Of a DNA stretch of 49,223 bases, positions 21,063-34,326 are shown in pieces. The notes below the pieces were generated by a model. The model did no database searches, was not told the origin of the DNA, and saw nothing but the letters and a program-made list of their open reading frames with translations. Source of the DNA: Polymyxa betae A26-41. Lineage: Eukaryota > Protista > Endomyxa: Phytomyxea. Each line of letters starts with the position of its first letter. Within the stretch, counting starts at the first letter, position 1. The position numbers were made by a program, and so were the translations under genes. The stretch is taken from positions 1 through 49,223 of the forward strand of contig RBZT01000544.1 of assembly GCA_003693705.1 (NCBI GenBank), given 5' to 3'.

Positions 21063-23046
21063 ATGTCCTCCCGTCAATATCTGACCGGATTTGGTTCCGA
21101 GCTTCAATCTGAAGCCAAGCCAGGCGCCATTCCTGTCGGCTGCAATAATCCTCAACAGTAATCAACATGATTTCAGTTGTTTTGATTGCTTCACTTTGGA
21201 ACAAACTTAGAATCTCGTTTCTCATATCGAATTAAGCTTTATCCTTTTTTGGACAAAATGCCGCTTGGAAACTAATGTAGGACGATAGATGTCCCTATGG
21301 GCTATATGCAGAACAGTTATCGGGAACGTCATTCACTACACCACGCTGCCTGAACCGCCGCTCCTGGCTCTATCGAATTCTACCCTCTGTTTGCCATGAA
21401 CCAATGCAGCCAATTCAAGATGGCAAATTCTCCCTTTGGAAATCGTATTTTTCGAAAGCTCATGCCGTACCTAATCAGGTCCAAATAATCGTCATTCGAT
21501 TTCATTCTCAGTTATTCTTTTTGAATCATTTTCTCCAATTTATATGTGATTGTCGTATCGATCATCAAGTTTGACGTTGTTCGCATTCAGCTGCGTTGGA
21601 AACCTGCCAAATTGTGTGATTCATCGAGGCGGGTGACATTCGCAGAGGGTATTATGACAGTTGCTGGGGCTGGTGGACCTGATATGAAATCCGGTCTTGC
21701 TATTCATGTCTATACTGCTAATAGCAGTATGAAAAACGAAGCTATCTGCAACTCTGGTACAAAAATTTGCACTTTTAACGCAAACTCTAATCTCAATTAG
21801 ATGGTGATATGCTAATTGTTCCCGAATATGGAGATATCATCGTCCAGACCGAATTTGGAGTTCTGGACGTTGCCGTTGGCGAGATTGTAATCGTCCCTCG
21901 CGGTATCAGATTCGCAGTTACATTTTCAGGTCGTACTGCAATCAAATCCTGATCGCTCTGTTGATTTTCTCCATATGCAGGTGATAATATTCGTGGTTAC
22001 ATATCGGAAGTGTACACAGGACATTTCCAACTTCCTGAGCTGGGTCCACTGGGCAGTAATGGCCTCGCAAATGCTCGAGATTTCCTGCACCCGGTCGCCA
22101 GCTACGATGAGCCCAGAAACGTGCAATTCGTTATTTTTCAGGTTTGTTATTTACCACATTGTTACCGCTGTAGAGCAATGTTTTCTGGCTACAGAAATAT
22201 CTGGGAGAGTTCTTCGCTGTTAAGCAAGACCATTCATGCTTCGATGTTGTCGCCTGGCATGGTAATATCGCCGAATGGCTGTATCGGTAACCTGAATATT
22301 ATCACAGGCACCTATGTTCCATTCAAATACGACCTCAACCGATATTGTGCTGTGAACTCGGTTACGTATGACCATCCAGATCCGGTACGACGCCCAATAA
22401 GTCCTGTAACCCATCCAATGCTTACGCTTGATCGTAGTCGATTTTCACAGTGTTGACGGTTCCGACAACGGAGACTGGTGTCGCTGCATTAGATTTCGTG
22501 ATATTCCCACCTCGATGGCAGGTTGGTTCGCTGTTATCTGAATTTAGGTCGGTGAGATATCGTCGGTTTAGGTCCAGGATGGATTCCGACCTCCATATTT
22601 CCATCGAAACGCTCCTATGTCAGAATATATGGGAAACATTCGAGGTCAATATGAAGCGAAACCTTCCGGGTTAGTTCCAGGCTAATTCAAAGTGTCTTTC
22701 TGCTAGATGGGAGAGAACTGGGATTGTAATGCAGTTGGTAAATGCTATTTAGGTTTCCTCCTGGAGCGGCTTCGCTGCATTCCTGTGCTATACCTCATGG
22801 ACCTTCGCATGAGGCATTCGAGCAGTTCTCAAAAATGGAATTGAAACCCGTCAGGCTTGAAGGTTGTCTTACGTATAATAGAGCTCAGTCTGTGTTCTAA
22901 GCAATATTATAGGAATGCTGGCATTTATGTTTGAGACTAGTTATATGCTACGTTTAACAGATTATGCTTTAAATCCTGATACTCAAGATCTCAACTATAC
23001 CGAATGTTGGCGTAATTTCCAACCCGAATTCCGCAAACACATCTAG
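21063..23046 (+). CDS. HGD: Homogentisate 1,2-dioxygenase, multi-exon
   Basis: [13 protein letters not shown]; [16 protein letters not shown]; [11 protein letters not shown]; [18 protein letters not shown]; DHPDPSIFTVLT; FRPPYFHRN; PHGP; LAFMFE. Confidence 0.96.
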
Positions 23047-23237
23047 TTGTCCCATTTCTTTATCGTATTGTTTGATTGAACGAAAATACACCAAAAATAT
23101 TGATAACCTTTTTCTGTTCCCGGATTGATCGATGTATGTCGTTTGAAGTATTAGATTGTGAATAAGTCGCTTTCCGATTTTATCATCACAAAACGAGATA
23201 AGGGATTGATTGCAATCTATGAATTAGCTATTTACCA

Positions 23238-26022
23238 TTACTCTGTCGTTCTAATAGATTTCCGCTGTAATCTTGTATGAGGTGTTTGTATGCTATTCTT
23301 TGATAATACAGCACTGGACGTCCTGGTCGTTCCTGAACCACGATTGGAATCGGTTCCAGATCCGGATTCAAGGACCGGTGACATATCCGTCGTACTGGAA
23401 TTCGAGCCGTTTTTCTGAACCGTTGGGAATGTATGTGCTCGAAGACTGTGTGTAGCTAGTATTGCTGCTGAAGAAACCTGTGAATGAAGATAGGCTAGAG
23501 CCGTATCCTTGCCCTCATTCTTGAGAATGGTATAATACTGCCTACTTCGTAGAATAATATTATGATAGACATCAGCAGCGCCCGGAAATAGGCGTGCTAC
23601 TTCTTTCCAGAATGGACGAAGGACAAAGTCAATGAAAGATACTTGTAATTGAGCTCGATGTTGATCATTATCTAGATCTGTCATAAAGTTTGCAACCGGA
23701 ATTCCTAGAGATGTTTCTAATGCAGCTTGTTGACAGAATTCGGCCGTAATTCGTGATTCCCATTCAACAGCAATTGGTGTATCATATCCTTGAGCTGATA
23801 GATCAGCAGCATGTACAATTGTCTCCAGAAGAAAATTTTGATCAGCGAATGCTGCTGGGGATAGTAAGGCGTTACGATCATCCATAGCTTCTAGACGTTT
23901 GTTGAACACGATATGTTTACACATATCAGTTCCCAATATTGCATCAATCATAGATTCACGTAACGAACGTCGTACAGATGGTTCTAAATGATGAAATGGA
24001 TCCGTCGAGGGATTTCGTAAGATCTAATATAACGTAGGTAATCGATTACATTTGGAGTTCAAATCACAAAATTATCGAATGACCAACATATATATAAACT
24101 TTAAACAATGGATTTCTGAGGATATCAACAAACCTTCATAAGACAGGCAGCGTGATAATTTTCCAAAACGGATTTGCCATTGAATCTTTGGGCCAGCTCA
24201 GAATCTGAATTGATCTCAAACTGGTTATTGTGTCCAGGATGACTGATATCATGACCCAGAGCAGCGATCAATACAGCGAACGATCTCTCAACACCAAGCG
24301 TTGTACGAACATCATCATGACGCCTGAACCAATAAGAGCAAAACCCTAGACCTAAAACCCAGTACATACGTTATAAACAAATATGACATATGCATGACGC
24401 TAACAGCGTGTCTCCAATTATGAAATGGTTGATCAAAGTATTGTTGACGTATTTCACCAACCAAAGCAGATACAATCTCCCGATTAAATCTGGTGAAAAT
24501 ATCCAAATATGCCATCATTGTTAAACACAATTGATGAAGTTGTTCTGAACTGGATGCAAATACATTGAAATGCAATGTATCAATCTGTCCTTCTAAAGCA
24601 TTAGTTAACGATATCCGTTTAGCTAATGACATAGTCTCTGGAGGATGATAATCAGCAGGTGTTGGTTCTACTTTAGACGGTGGCACTGATTCTGCTGATA
24701 ACGAATTTGGTGGTTCTGAGGTAGCTCTCATGACACCAATATCTGCAGAGCAACTTCTTTCCTGAGGTTTATCATCTTCATCAGCAGACATACTATTCTC
24801 AGATATCGACCTATAATGGATCATGGTCTCGTTAGCATCTCAATGCATTGGCGGAATGGTTCCGTACCGGCCCAGGTACGATTCAACAAGTGAGAAGGCA
24901 CCAATATTGGAGCGTGTAGCACGTCGTGTATTGAGCTCTTTGAAATGGAACAAAAGGAAATCATTCATTTCGAGACAGCATTGTTCCAGAAGATCAGTAT
25001 CACGATCTGCAAATCCATGATGAATATCAATATTGATTAAAGAATCTGATGGCTCCATCTTATCATTGACATGATTAATTGCCACAACTAGACCCACGAT
25101 CTATGGTATGTTAGAGCCCTAAAACCTCAGAGCCATAGATAAAGTCTCACATGAGAAGATCGGTCGAAGACAGGCTGACAGATGATTTGTCTCATTGATT
25201 CATCTGTGAATGGATCTACTTTAGGTCTGTATATTCGATGTTCTTGAACGTTATTAGCAACGATAGCCTTCTTAGCAGTCATAGAAGCACCAAGTATACC
25301 AATATCCATCGGATAATCAGCACATTCATGATCGTCAACACTAGGGTTAGTTGATACTAATCCAAGGCGATTATCATGATAATCAACAACCACTGCTAAG
25401 ATACGTTCAGCTTGAATTAAATCCTGCATAATTAGATCAGTTATTCAATAATGTACCGGACACTATATAAAACCTGGGTTGTTGTTAGAAATGATTCGAA
25501 CATCTTCTTTGATAAAGCTTGTCGTGGTCGAATCTGCTGCCATTGACGTCGTAATGCTAGAAGACCTTTAGCTACTTGTGCATCAGATGCAATCTGTTGC
25601 TGACGACGTATTTGTACACAATGTAATGCTGCAGCTCGTGATAATGTCTCTAATGAATGTCTCACAATATCATCACAAACTATCATAGTTGATTCAGTTT
25701 CAACATAAACCACTCGGGTTGTTCTTCGAATTTGTCTTTGATCGATTTCAACAGTGACAGCAATTTTATCGCCATTATCAGCGAGTGTGCATCGATTGTT
25801 AGAAGACGAGTTGGTTTTAGTGACGATTCGACAATGTGTTGATGAGCATAATGATTGTACAGCAGATTGCATAGATAGATAGACAGTATTGATGTCAGTA
25901 GCAGCTTCTATAGTAATCAGTGTTGTTATAATGGTATCTTGACATTGAATAAGATGAGATGAGGGTATTCGATGTCCATCACTTTTGTCTTGGGTGAATA
26001 GAGCACCTAGACTATTAAACAT
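23238..26022 (-). CDS. Class I cyclic-nucleotide phosphodiesterase with GAF domain(s), multi-exon
   Basis: PFHNWRHA, AALGHDISHPGHNN, SVLENYHA, ILGTDM, HAADLS, QVSFIDFV; GAF-like segment at 24950-25430. The start could be 26076. Confidence 0.92.
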
Positions 26023-26107
26023 TGACGTATTATGAATGTGTGAGGAGGCGCCACAATGGTACACTTTAAGATCCATTCAATATCTTCATTATTACACATC
26101 TGAAAAA

Positions 26108-27756
26108 TTATTGATGCACAACTCGGATCTGAGGAGCAGTCCGGATCACGTGTTGTGACCTATAATAAACAAGATCGGCTTTCAAGTGTGACAGGTATTC
26201 AGCGGCCTCGTCGAGATCTTCATTCTCCACATGATCGGTCTCGGCATGATCACCGTGTAAGAAGGTCTTCAACTCGGCAGTCTTCTTCCAAAGTTCATTC
26301 ACGAACTCGAAAGTCGTCTCTATACAACAAATTTAGAAACCAGATTCAACAGACTAGAAAATAGCTACAAACCGGCAGATCTCCATTGCCCTATAACGTC
26401 AATATTGATTGGCTTGTCTGCATTATGTTCACGGGCAAGTACCGAGCTCGGGGCCACCTTAGAAGGCGTAAGAAGTTCCGTCTGATCGGAACGTAGTGAT
26501 CCTCGTTCGAGATTAAGACGATCAAGTGCTTCTGTACATGTATTACGGTCGCCTTGAAACAATAGATGGTCATTCGTCATTGGTTCATTTTGAAAATTAT
26601 CTGAAATCATAGTGAATTTCCCTTTTATCCCAAAAAAATCACGTTATACCGAATGTTCTATCAAGAGGGATAGCAAGAACAGAGCCAAGAGTAGCATTAG
26701 ATGTTGTTAAACGAGCGAACAGGTCTCGTGCGTTCCATCCATCTTTTAACCGATACGCTGATGTATTGACATGTAGACCCAGACCATACACACCTAATGC
26801 CTATTACTTTCACTCAGTATATATACTTGTTACAAGCATGTTCGTAGTATACTGTATCATTGGCTAATGTTGATTGCATCGGAATGAAGATAGAAGACAT
26901 CGGCGATAACGTCGAGAACGCAATGAATCGATTTAGGTCGTGACTTAAACGTCGGTCGTGTGCTCCAAGGGATCGCCCAGCAACCTCCATATGCGGACAT
27001 GCACCGAATGTCACGAACTGGACCGTGCTGGCACGGCAGTAATCATCTTGTAACATGACCAGAGCACCAGCAGCAAGACCACCAAATCCCTTCACGAAGT
27101 TAGTAAAAGAAACGACAAGAACGTCTTACATGGTTTAGATCAACAACAGAATGGACAACATCAATATGGTCACATTTCTCAATCTGATACCGGATTGGCT
27201 CGAAAGCGTCGTCGCGCAGGGATTCGTTGCTGAGTATATAGTCGTTGGCGTCGGCGACAACAGTAAAGAACCGGGCATCATCAGTCGATATTCGAAAGCG
27301 ATTGTGTTCGTGTAAGCCGCAGGATTCAGAGATTATGCCACCCCATGGCTCATATAAATCGCGATACAACTATGCCGAAGATTAAGGCATGACCCGATGA
27401 AAGAACGTTCTGAACCTGATCTGCTTCATATTTTGTTCCAGAAGTGAATACGCTGTGAGGTAGGTAATTAGGAAGGAGTTTAGAGGACATACGTGCACCA
27501 ACCCGGGGTTGAAGTTGCCCTCCAAATCGTATGCGACAACCCTGGGCTCGACCTGACATTCTGGATCGGAATCCAGAGGACGCAGAAAACAACTGTGATC
27601 GATCTGTTCGTCACCGCTTATGGATCGATAATACTGTGAATATAATTAACGAACACATTGGCCAGGGATTGAACGATGACTTACTTCCATGTTAATCATC
27701 TCGGCTGCGATACCATTAGAAAACGCTCCAAACTGCAACTGCAGGGTCTCCTTCAT
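26108..27756 (-). CDS. MSTO1: Misato/Dml1 tubulin-like protein, multi-exon
   Basis: MKETLQLQFGAFSN; PRVVAYDLEG; IRYQIEKCDHI...D...GFGGLA...LQDDY; TSAYRL; C-terminal EDLDEAAEYLSHL. 3' end approximate. Confidence 0.8.
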
Positions 27757-28028
27757 GCTGAAAACGAAACCTAACTAAAGCTATAAAAAGCCACTTTCTT
27801 TGAGGAATGGATTCCACAAAGGCCCCGCAATTCATCTCTTTGTGCTGACGGAACATTCAATTACCACGATGTTATCTGGCATGAGCAGCAATCAATAATT
27901 GCTATCTAATTTGTTTAATCAGGCAACTAATAGTGTTGTCGATATTATCGCGACAGCGTAAATAACAGGAAAGAAGAAAATTAGGACGTGCAAAACGTTG
28001 ATGATGCCGAACATAATCTAAGACATAA

Positions 28029-29053
28029 CTATGTGTATTTGGCAGCATAACCAGATCCATAAACGGCAATCAATGCGAGCTGAATGGCTCCAAATACAAT
28101 GGCAATAACGCTCGGTATGGCCATGTAAATATCATTCTCAAGATAGCCCCATACCAGCCAGCAGCAGGCACCGACAGTTGATGTCAATGCTGGAAGCAAA
28201 GGGATCGATCTGAAAATACAACAAAATTCAGACAGAGTTGAATAACTTCAGAATGCAATAACCTGGCCGACTGCGTTCGAAAAACCTCTCTGGTCTTGGA
28301 CAATGGCGCCATCAACGTAATCAAATTCATGACATTGCAGCATACTCCAGCATATTCAGCTTGCTTTGATTTCGGTCTGAAGTTATTATTGCTAAATGCA
28401 GTAGCTTGCCCAAAGACGGAATTCTTACATGAATTGTGTGAATGCGGACACCCACACGAACAAAACTACTATTAGAGTCGTAAACATGCGATTACGGTGA
28501 GGCCGATCCTAAGATCAAATTACCAAAGCCCTTTCACCAAAGCCTCACATTTTGTTGTTTGGAAAGTTGTCAAGGTAAAACTTACGAACTTTATAGGACG
28601 AAACAGAGAGATGAGTGATGAGATAACCGGAAAACATAACCATAGCAAATGCAGAAATCCAAAAGGCCACCATATCATCACTTGGCCCTAATTCAAGAGT
28701 CTGTTGAGACCGAGACCGTATTAGTTAACAATCAAATCGTACTGAACAGATAATAAGTGCACCACATAGATTGTGATAAGGTTGAGGTCCAAAGTGTAAT
28801 CCTACATCGATGACTATCATCATCATGAACCTAATGTCAATTGTCCTAACCATGCTATCTCGCCTGTGTCACGGCCCTGTACAATCAGTAAAACCCGGGT
28901 TGACACAGGATAACTTCGGCGATGTATTACCCGCTGAAACATTTGAATCAGAATGGGTGCTGGCGAAAGGGTTGTCAACAACGACGCCATGATACAAGCG
29001 AGTTTGAGGGCGGGCGGTGCCACCGATGTTGCTACAAGATGCTCACGATCCAT
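28029..29053 (-). CDS. SWEET (MtN3/saliva) family 7-TM transporter, divergent, multi-exon
   Basis: Repeat 1: LTTLSPAPIL...MWCTYY...FWISAFAMVMFSGY. TM4. Repeat 2: AGVCCNVMNLITLMAPLSKTREVFRTQSARSIP...CCWLVWGYLENDIYMAIPSVIAIVFGAIQLAL. Start uncertain. Confidence 0.85.
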
Positions 29054-29850
29054 TTTGACAAAATGGCCGACTTTGAGGTCACTTTTGAAATTCAAGTGGA
29101 GAGCGGCCTCTACATGGAACCCTTCATGGTTAGGTAACATTATCAATCACTTGGTAGAATCTGGAGCAATCTCTCTGTAGATCTCTGCTGACATTTATAA
29201 GATGGCTCAAGTGAAAGTGGATCGGGTTATCGGCCTCATGAAGCGATAATCTGTCACCTGGGTCAACTGATGAGGTTCTTCTGTGCAATCACAGACTACT
29301 TGGATATCCAAGACATGAAATACAGCGGACGAATCTTCTATGTATTGATCATTCCCAATTCTCCCAATGAAATCAGCTATCACAAATTCAGGTCCACCAA
29401 CATTTGTAGATTTTGAAGCCGGCTATATGCTTGCAAAAGCTTCCAGGTTTTTACCTGAAAAACCTGTTCGAACCGCATGTCGCCGGGCTGCATCTGCGAG
29501 TAGCTAAGGTTATTTTCATCCTTTATTCGGTCAGTGCTGCTGGGGATCTTTCAGCCCGCCCCTAAAAAGTAAACTCAGAGTTCTGATATATCCTGATCTC
29601 TCATCTCTGCCTCTGAATCTGATAGTCTATAGCCCGTTGGGCACCACAGAACGTTTTACAGATACCCAATCGTGCTCAATCTCGTGCATTTTAAGTCACG
29701 CTTATAAACCCGTCAGTTCTCGATCTATGGCTGGCGGCCAAGTTAGGGCAGGAAGAAATCGGTCTCGAAAACATCCGGGTCGATAAGCTGCTACATCAAT
29801 ATTGCAGCGCGGCAGATTTTTAGAGAAATTGAAAATTCCCCAAGATAAAG

Positions 29851-30887
29851 CTACATAAACCATTGCTTGATTCGCCGAAATGAAAACGATAACTCGGTGC
29901 CGGGGCGCACCATATCGTTGAAATCAGCAATATCTTCGTTGATGAGCAATGGAAATCTTGATCCAGTAACATCAGATAATAGTTGCAGAAGTTGCAGGCT
30001 TCTGCGCGTGTAATTGAAATCGAACAAAGCCCCGACAAAGAATCGCTCGAATAGATCACCCATTTCCCTGTCTTTGCTCGCAGGAACTCTTTCGATAAAT
30101 GACCCACCTGCATCAGCGTCAATCAAATACAGATCAATGCATTCTGTATACCTAAGGTGAACATGATATCAGGAGTTGATGCGTTTTCATCCTTCACAGC
30201 CTTTCTCGTTTGGTAGTGAGCCTCTTCGTGCCCACAGAGAACTGCAAATGCCATTGGATGGTGCAAATAATATCTCTTCTTTGTCCAAAGAGCATGACAG
30301 TTAATTACAATGCTGTCAGCAGCACTCCATGCCATTATCTCGTTATTCGCCAGAGAGACGAACCAGATCGATGGACGATTTGCTAAACGATCTGTCGATA
30401 TATGCAGCAGTTCACATAAAGCACTTCGAAATTTGCTCGAGTCCAGAATATCGAGGGCATCAGTGAATACGCTATGTTTCGGTAGTTTATTCTCCCTGGC
30501 GTAGCGAAAATCTTCGACCCGATTCTTGATTACCAGCAAGAGACTGACGAATATCTCCCAGTCAGTCGCTTTAGATGCATGTAGCAGAAGCGAAAGGCCC
30601 ACTATAGACAGGTGATCGCATTCTAAAGCGATTTCACGTAACATTCTTAATTCTCTAAAAGTGATTAGATCGAGGTCTTGACAGAGATATGATTGAGCAG
30701 ATATGGCGAGGTTGGTCGTGATCGCATTCAACAGAATGTCACAATAGAGGCGATGATTACTTGAACTCATCGGTATCTTCATTTTCGAAATTGGGGTGGG
30801 CATGCGCTGATACGTCTGGAAATCGATGCTGACGTCTGGTCGTATTCGACGAATCATGTCTTGAAAGCAGCCTGCAGGAGCCGCCAT
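29851..30887 (-). CDS. Hypothetical zincin-like protein with HExxH motif, 2 or more exons
   Basis: AVLCGHEEAHY and downstream EMGDLFERFFVG, joined by a phase-1 intron near 30156-30108. Confidence 0.6.
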
Positions 30888-31117
30888 TGATACTGTTATG
30901 ACTTGTTGAAATTACTACTGACAAGTATAGTCTGTATAGACTCCTAAAACGGAGTTCATATAAATCACAATCAGGGGGAGTTTATACTTCCAGAATTGGG
31001 AAATGAAATTGGGGTTTTTTCAAACGCCTACCAATAGCACAGGTCATAATGTGTGTTAACCAGTCCTGATCCTGGCCTGTAATTGAAATCTTCAAATGTT
31101 TATTATTACCAGATTCG

Positions 31118-34100
31118 CTACAGCGAGTAATCGGATCCATACTCGACGACTTCCTCGAAGCTTTTCTCATCATATCGGACAGTCTTATGATTAGCAACAA
31201 CAGTATCAGCAACTCGTGTCATAACATTTCCTTCCAGATTCTCAATACTGGAATCTCCCTCAAGTTCCAAATATGATTCATGGTCCCTTCTTAATTTCGT
31301 TTTCTTCATGACTTTGGCGATCTTCTTTTTAATCAATTCACGGCTGCGATTTGCGAATACAGCTCCTGCTGCCCCGATAAGCTTGGAACGTTCTCGGTCT
31401 AATGCACGAATTTGGGCTATTCGGAAGAGTGCTGTCGATGAAGACAATAGTTGTAATCGAATATCGAGAGCGGCTATCAGACCGATCATATCTTTCTGAT
31501 TGACAACGCCCTCTTGAGATAGAGATAACAGTTTCTGACGCTTCGAATGCAGAAGTCGCCGTGCAGCCAGGACGGTGACGATGACGGAATAAAAGGCAGG
31601 CATGGCCTGACGATGATCATAGAGAAGAGCTTCAGCTTTCTCAATGACGCCTTTAAGGATCTTGTTGATGGCAATCGGATCAACGAGAACCTCTTTGGTG
31701 ACCTTTTCCACGACAGTTATATGAGATTCAATGAATGCATGTAATGCTTCCAATGATACGAACATATTCTGCAACAGGATCCAGTTTCCCAATGCTCTTA
31801 TTATTCTAAACAACAATATCAGTTCTATATACACATCTCATATACAGATTGTACTTGAATTTCTGTCCTTTCCGGAGCCATGGAGAGATCAGGTTCTTCT
31901 CCAATCGAATAGAAAGTGAGCTCCATTCGGCACGGAAAGGCAGCGATAATGTTGGGCGTTTAACGTCGCAGGCGTCACATCCATCATTAGCGGCATCGAA
32001 TAGCATCCAGACAGCTTCATGACTCAGATGATGAGATTCAAACTGCTCTCGAAAATCGGCTTTCAACGCTGCGAACAGCGTCAGGACGATTTGGGCGTTG
32101 CGTTCGTCTTCGCCGATCAGCTCTCGTCGCCGTCCAATTCGTTGTTTCAGCTTCAGGGCCAAGGCCAGATCTCTGAGATCTTGCAATTGCTGCCTGGGTG
32201 CAGGTCGCTCGTGTTTGGATTCCTCTGCTTCACCTCCCTCCATATCAGCTGGTTCATTGGTGTGATCATCATCGCTATTAAGATCAATATCAACAGTTGT
32301 ATGTTGCTGATCATGAGAGAATAGCTCATCAATAGGTTGTGGCTCTAAAGTTGATGCTGTTCGAGATTGTGATCTCATCCTTCCTCGTGGAGAAACGATC
32401 AGTTCGATCTCTTCAAAGCTGTGTTTCTGTTTCTTGGCCTGATGTTGCTCGAATCGTTTCAGATATCCGAAGGTCATCGTCGCTGAGCTGACTCGAATCG
32501 ATTCTTGAGCGTTTCCAGCATCAGCTGCATTCTCTTCTGCCGATATTGCACTCGTCAGGCCTCGTTTTTGTCGTCGATCCAGCATTGATGCGAAAGCAGC
32601 ATACGGGTCAACATCGTCATCATCGGGAAACTCGGGACGAGATCTCCCTTCAATCTTGGCTTTGGTCATATCCAGGACCAGCTGACGAACAGTGACCCAA
32701 TCGACAGCCGAGAAGAACGGGTCCATCTGTAGCTCTTTAACGATATCGGGCATGTAAGTGCATTCGAGTTCAGCCATTGCCTTATCAAACATGACAGAAC
32801 GATATGGATTAGGTGGATGAATATCCAGATACAGATAGAACTTATCAACAGTAGTTCCATTAATAATTAATGATAAACATGTTAATCCAGCTAGATGAAA
32901 TATCATCAAATCTTTCGTGGATTTCTCGATCGTCTGGTCGAGATCCATGGCCAGGGCCAGTGCGACCGTCATGGCACCACGTAGACCGGCCCAGATCAGG
33001 ATTTTCGCCTCGGCAAGCTGCATGCCGTATCCAGTTCGTTGAAGGATGGGCCAGAGGACAGCGACCATAATAACTCTGGCTAATAATAATAGAAGGAATA
33101 ATGCTAACATAGTGAACCAATTGGCCCAATCTCCTGTTATCTCTGGCATATACATAACACGATGAAATGAAATGACACCGCCCAAGAAGAACATCAACGT
33201 ATTACAAAAGAATGCGACTTGTGATTTAAACGATTCCTCGAATTTGGCAACATCGGGGCTGACGACGTACATGCCCTTGGCGGACATGAAAAGGCCATAC
33301 ACGATAACGGCTAATACACCAGAGACATGAAACTGAACATCTGCAATAAAGTAGGCGACGTACGACCCAGCGAACAGGATTGTGATTTCAACAGCTGCAT
33401 CTGAATTGACCCAGGATAACATGGTTGATACAACTAAAGCACAGACATATCCCCAGCTAACACCACCCAAAGCTAGTTGTAAGAACTTGCCCGTAATGGC
33501 ACCGAATGTGGGAGAGAACGCCCCGGTTACGAGTCCTTTGAATATTTGAAATAGAACGATGGCGCTGGCGTCATTCAGCAGCGATTCACCAACGATCGGG
33601 GCAGAGACGCGATTTGGCACACCCAGGCTGTCAAGAGTTGTGACAACGGCCACCTGTACAAATCAGTGGGCCGGTATGCCCATGACATGAAAGGATCACG
33701 TACCGTATCGGTTGCAGCGAACATGGAGCAGAACATGAGACATTCAGACATAGACCAATGAGCGTCTACAAGGATGAAGTTGAAGATGATGTAAACGAAG
33801 ACGCCCATGAAGGCTGTCGAGACCAGAGCACCAGGAGCTGCAAGCCAGATTGATTGAGCAAACACCCGCCGGAATACTGGCCAATCAGTTAATGAAGCCG
33901 CCTCAAATAGCAGCGGCGGCAGCAGAATGAAGAAAATCAGGTTGGGATGAATGGCCTCTGCCATCAATAAACTTTCAGCAATTAAACCACCATGGCTGCC
34001 ACGATCTACAATCAATGCCAAAAGACCGCCCACAACGAACACGGCGATCGTTAAAGGAAGCGGTTTTTTGAAGAACGAGTAGATCCATTTAAGAACTGCA

Positions 34101-34195
34101 CCGATTATGACAGAAAACAGGAAGAATGTCAAGGCGATGTCAATGGCTTCATTGAATTCAAGCTCAGCTTCCAGCCCAGGAAGAACGTGCTCCAT
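31118..34195 (-). CDS. CPA1 Na+/H+ exchanger (NhaP/SOS1-like), 3 or more exons
   Basis: LLPPLLFEAA, ATDTVAVV, GESLLNDASAIVLF, VSGVLAV, GLRGAMTVALAL, LIINGTT; long cytosolic tail. Start uncertain. Confidence 0.92.
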
Positions 34196-34326
34196 CACTC
34201 GATGAAGTTCGACTACGTCGTAGCAAACTGATCAGAATAGATATCTCGCTGGCAGTTGGGTACGATCGCCAATCAATGGGAAAAAATCCAGCAACATTTT
34301 GGGTCAGTGAAATTTATAGAAAGCAG

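Noticed and set aside
26050-26160. Misato-PDE fusion protein via the acceptor near 26101
   Set aside because: The donor/acceptor combinations I tried hit stops, and the PDE frame has TGA just before ATG 26076.
26108-26610. ORFs 26365-26610 and 26108-26302 as PDE N-terminal exons
   Set aside because: They follow on from Misato exons and resemble the Misato C-terminus.
33704-33706. TDT instead of TDP in the exchanger TM4 motif
   Set aside because: Non-Pro residues occur in functional CPA1 members (plant NHX has TDS), so this is weak.
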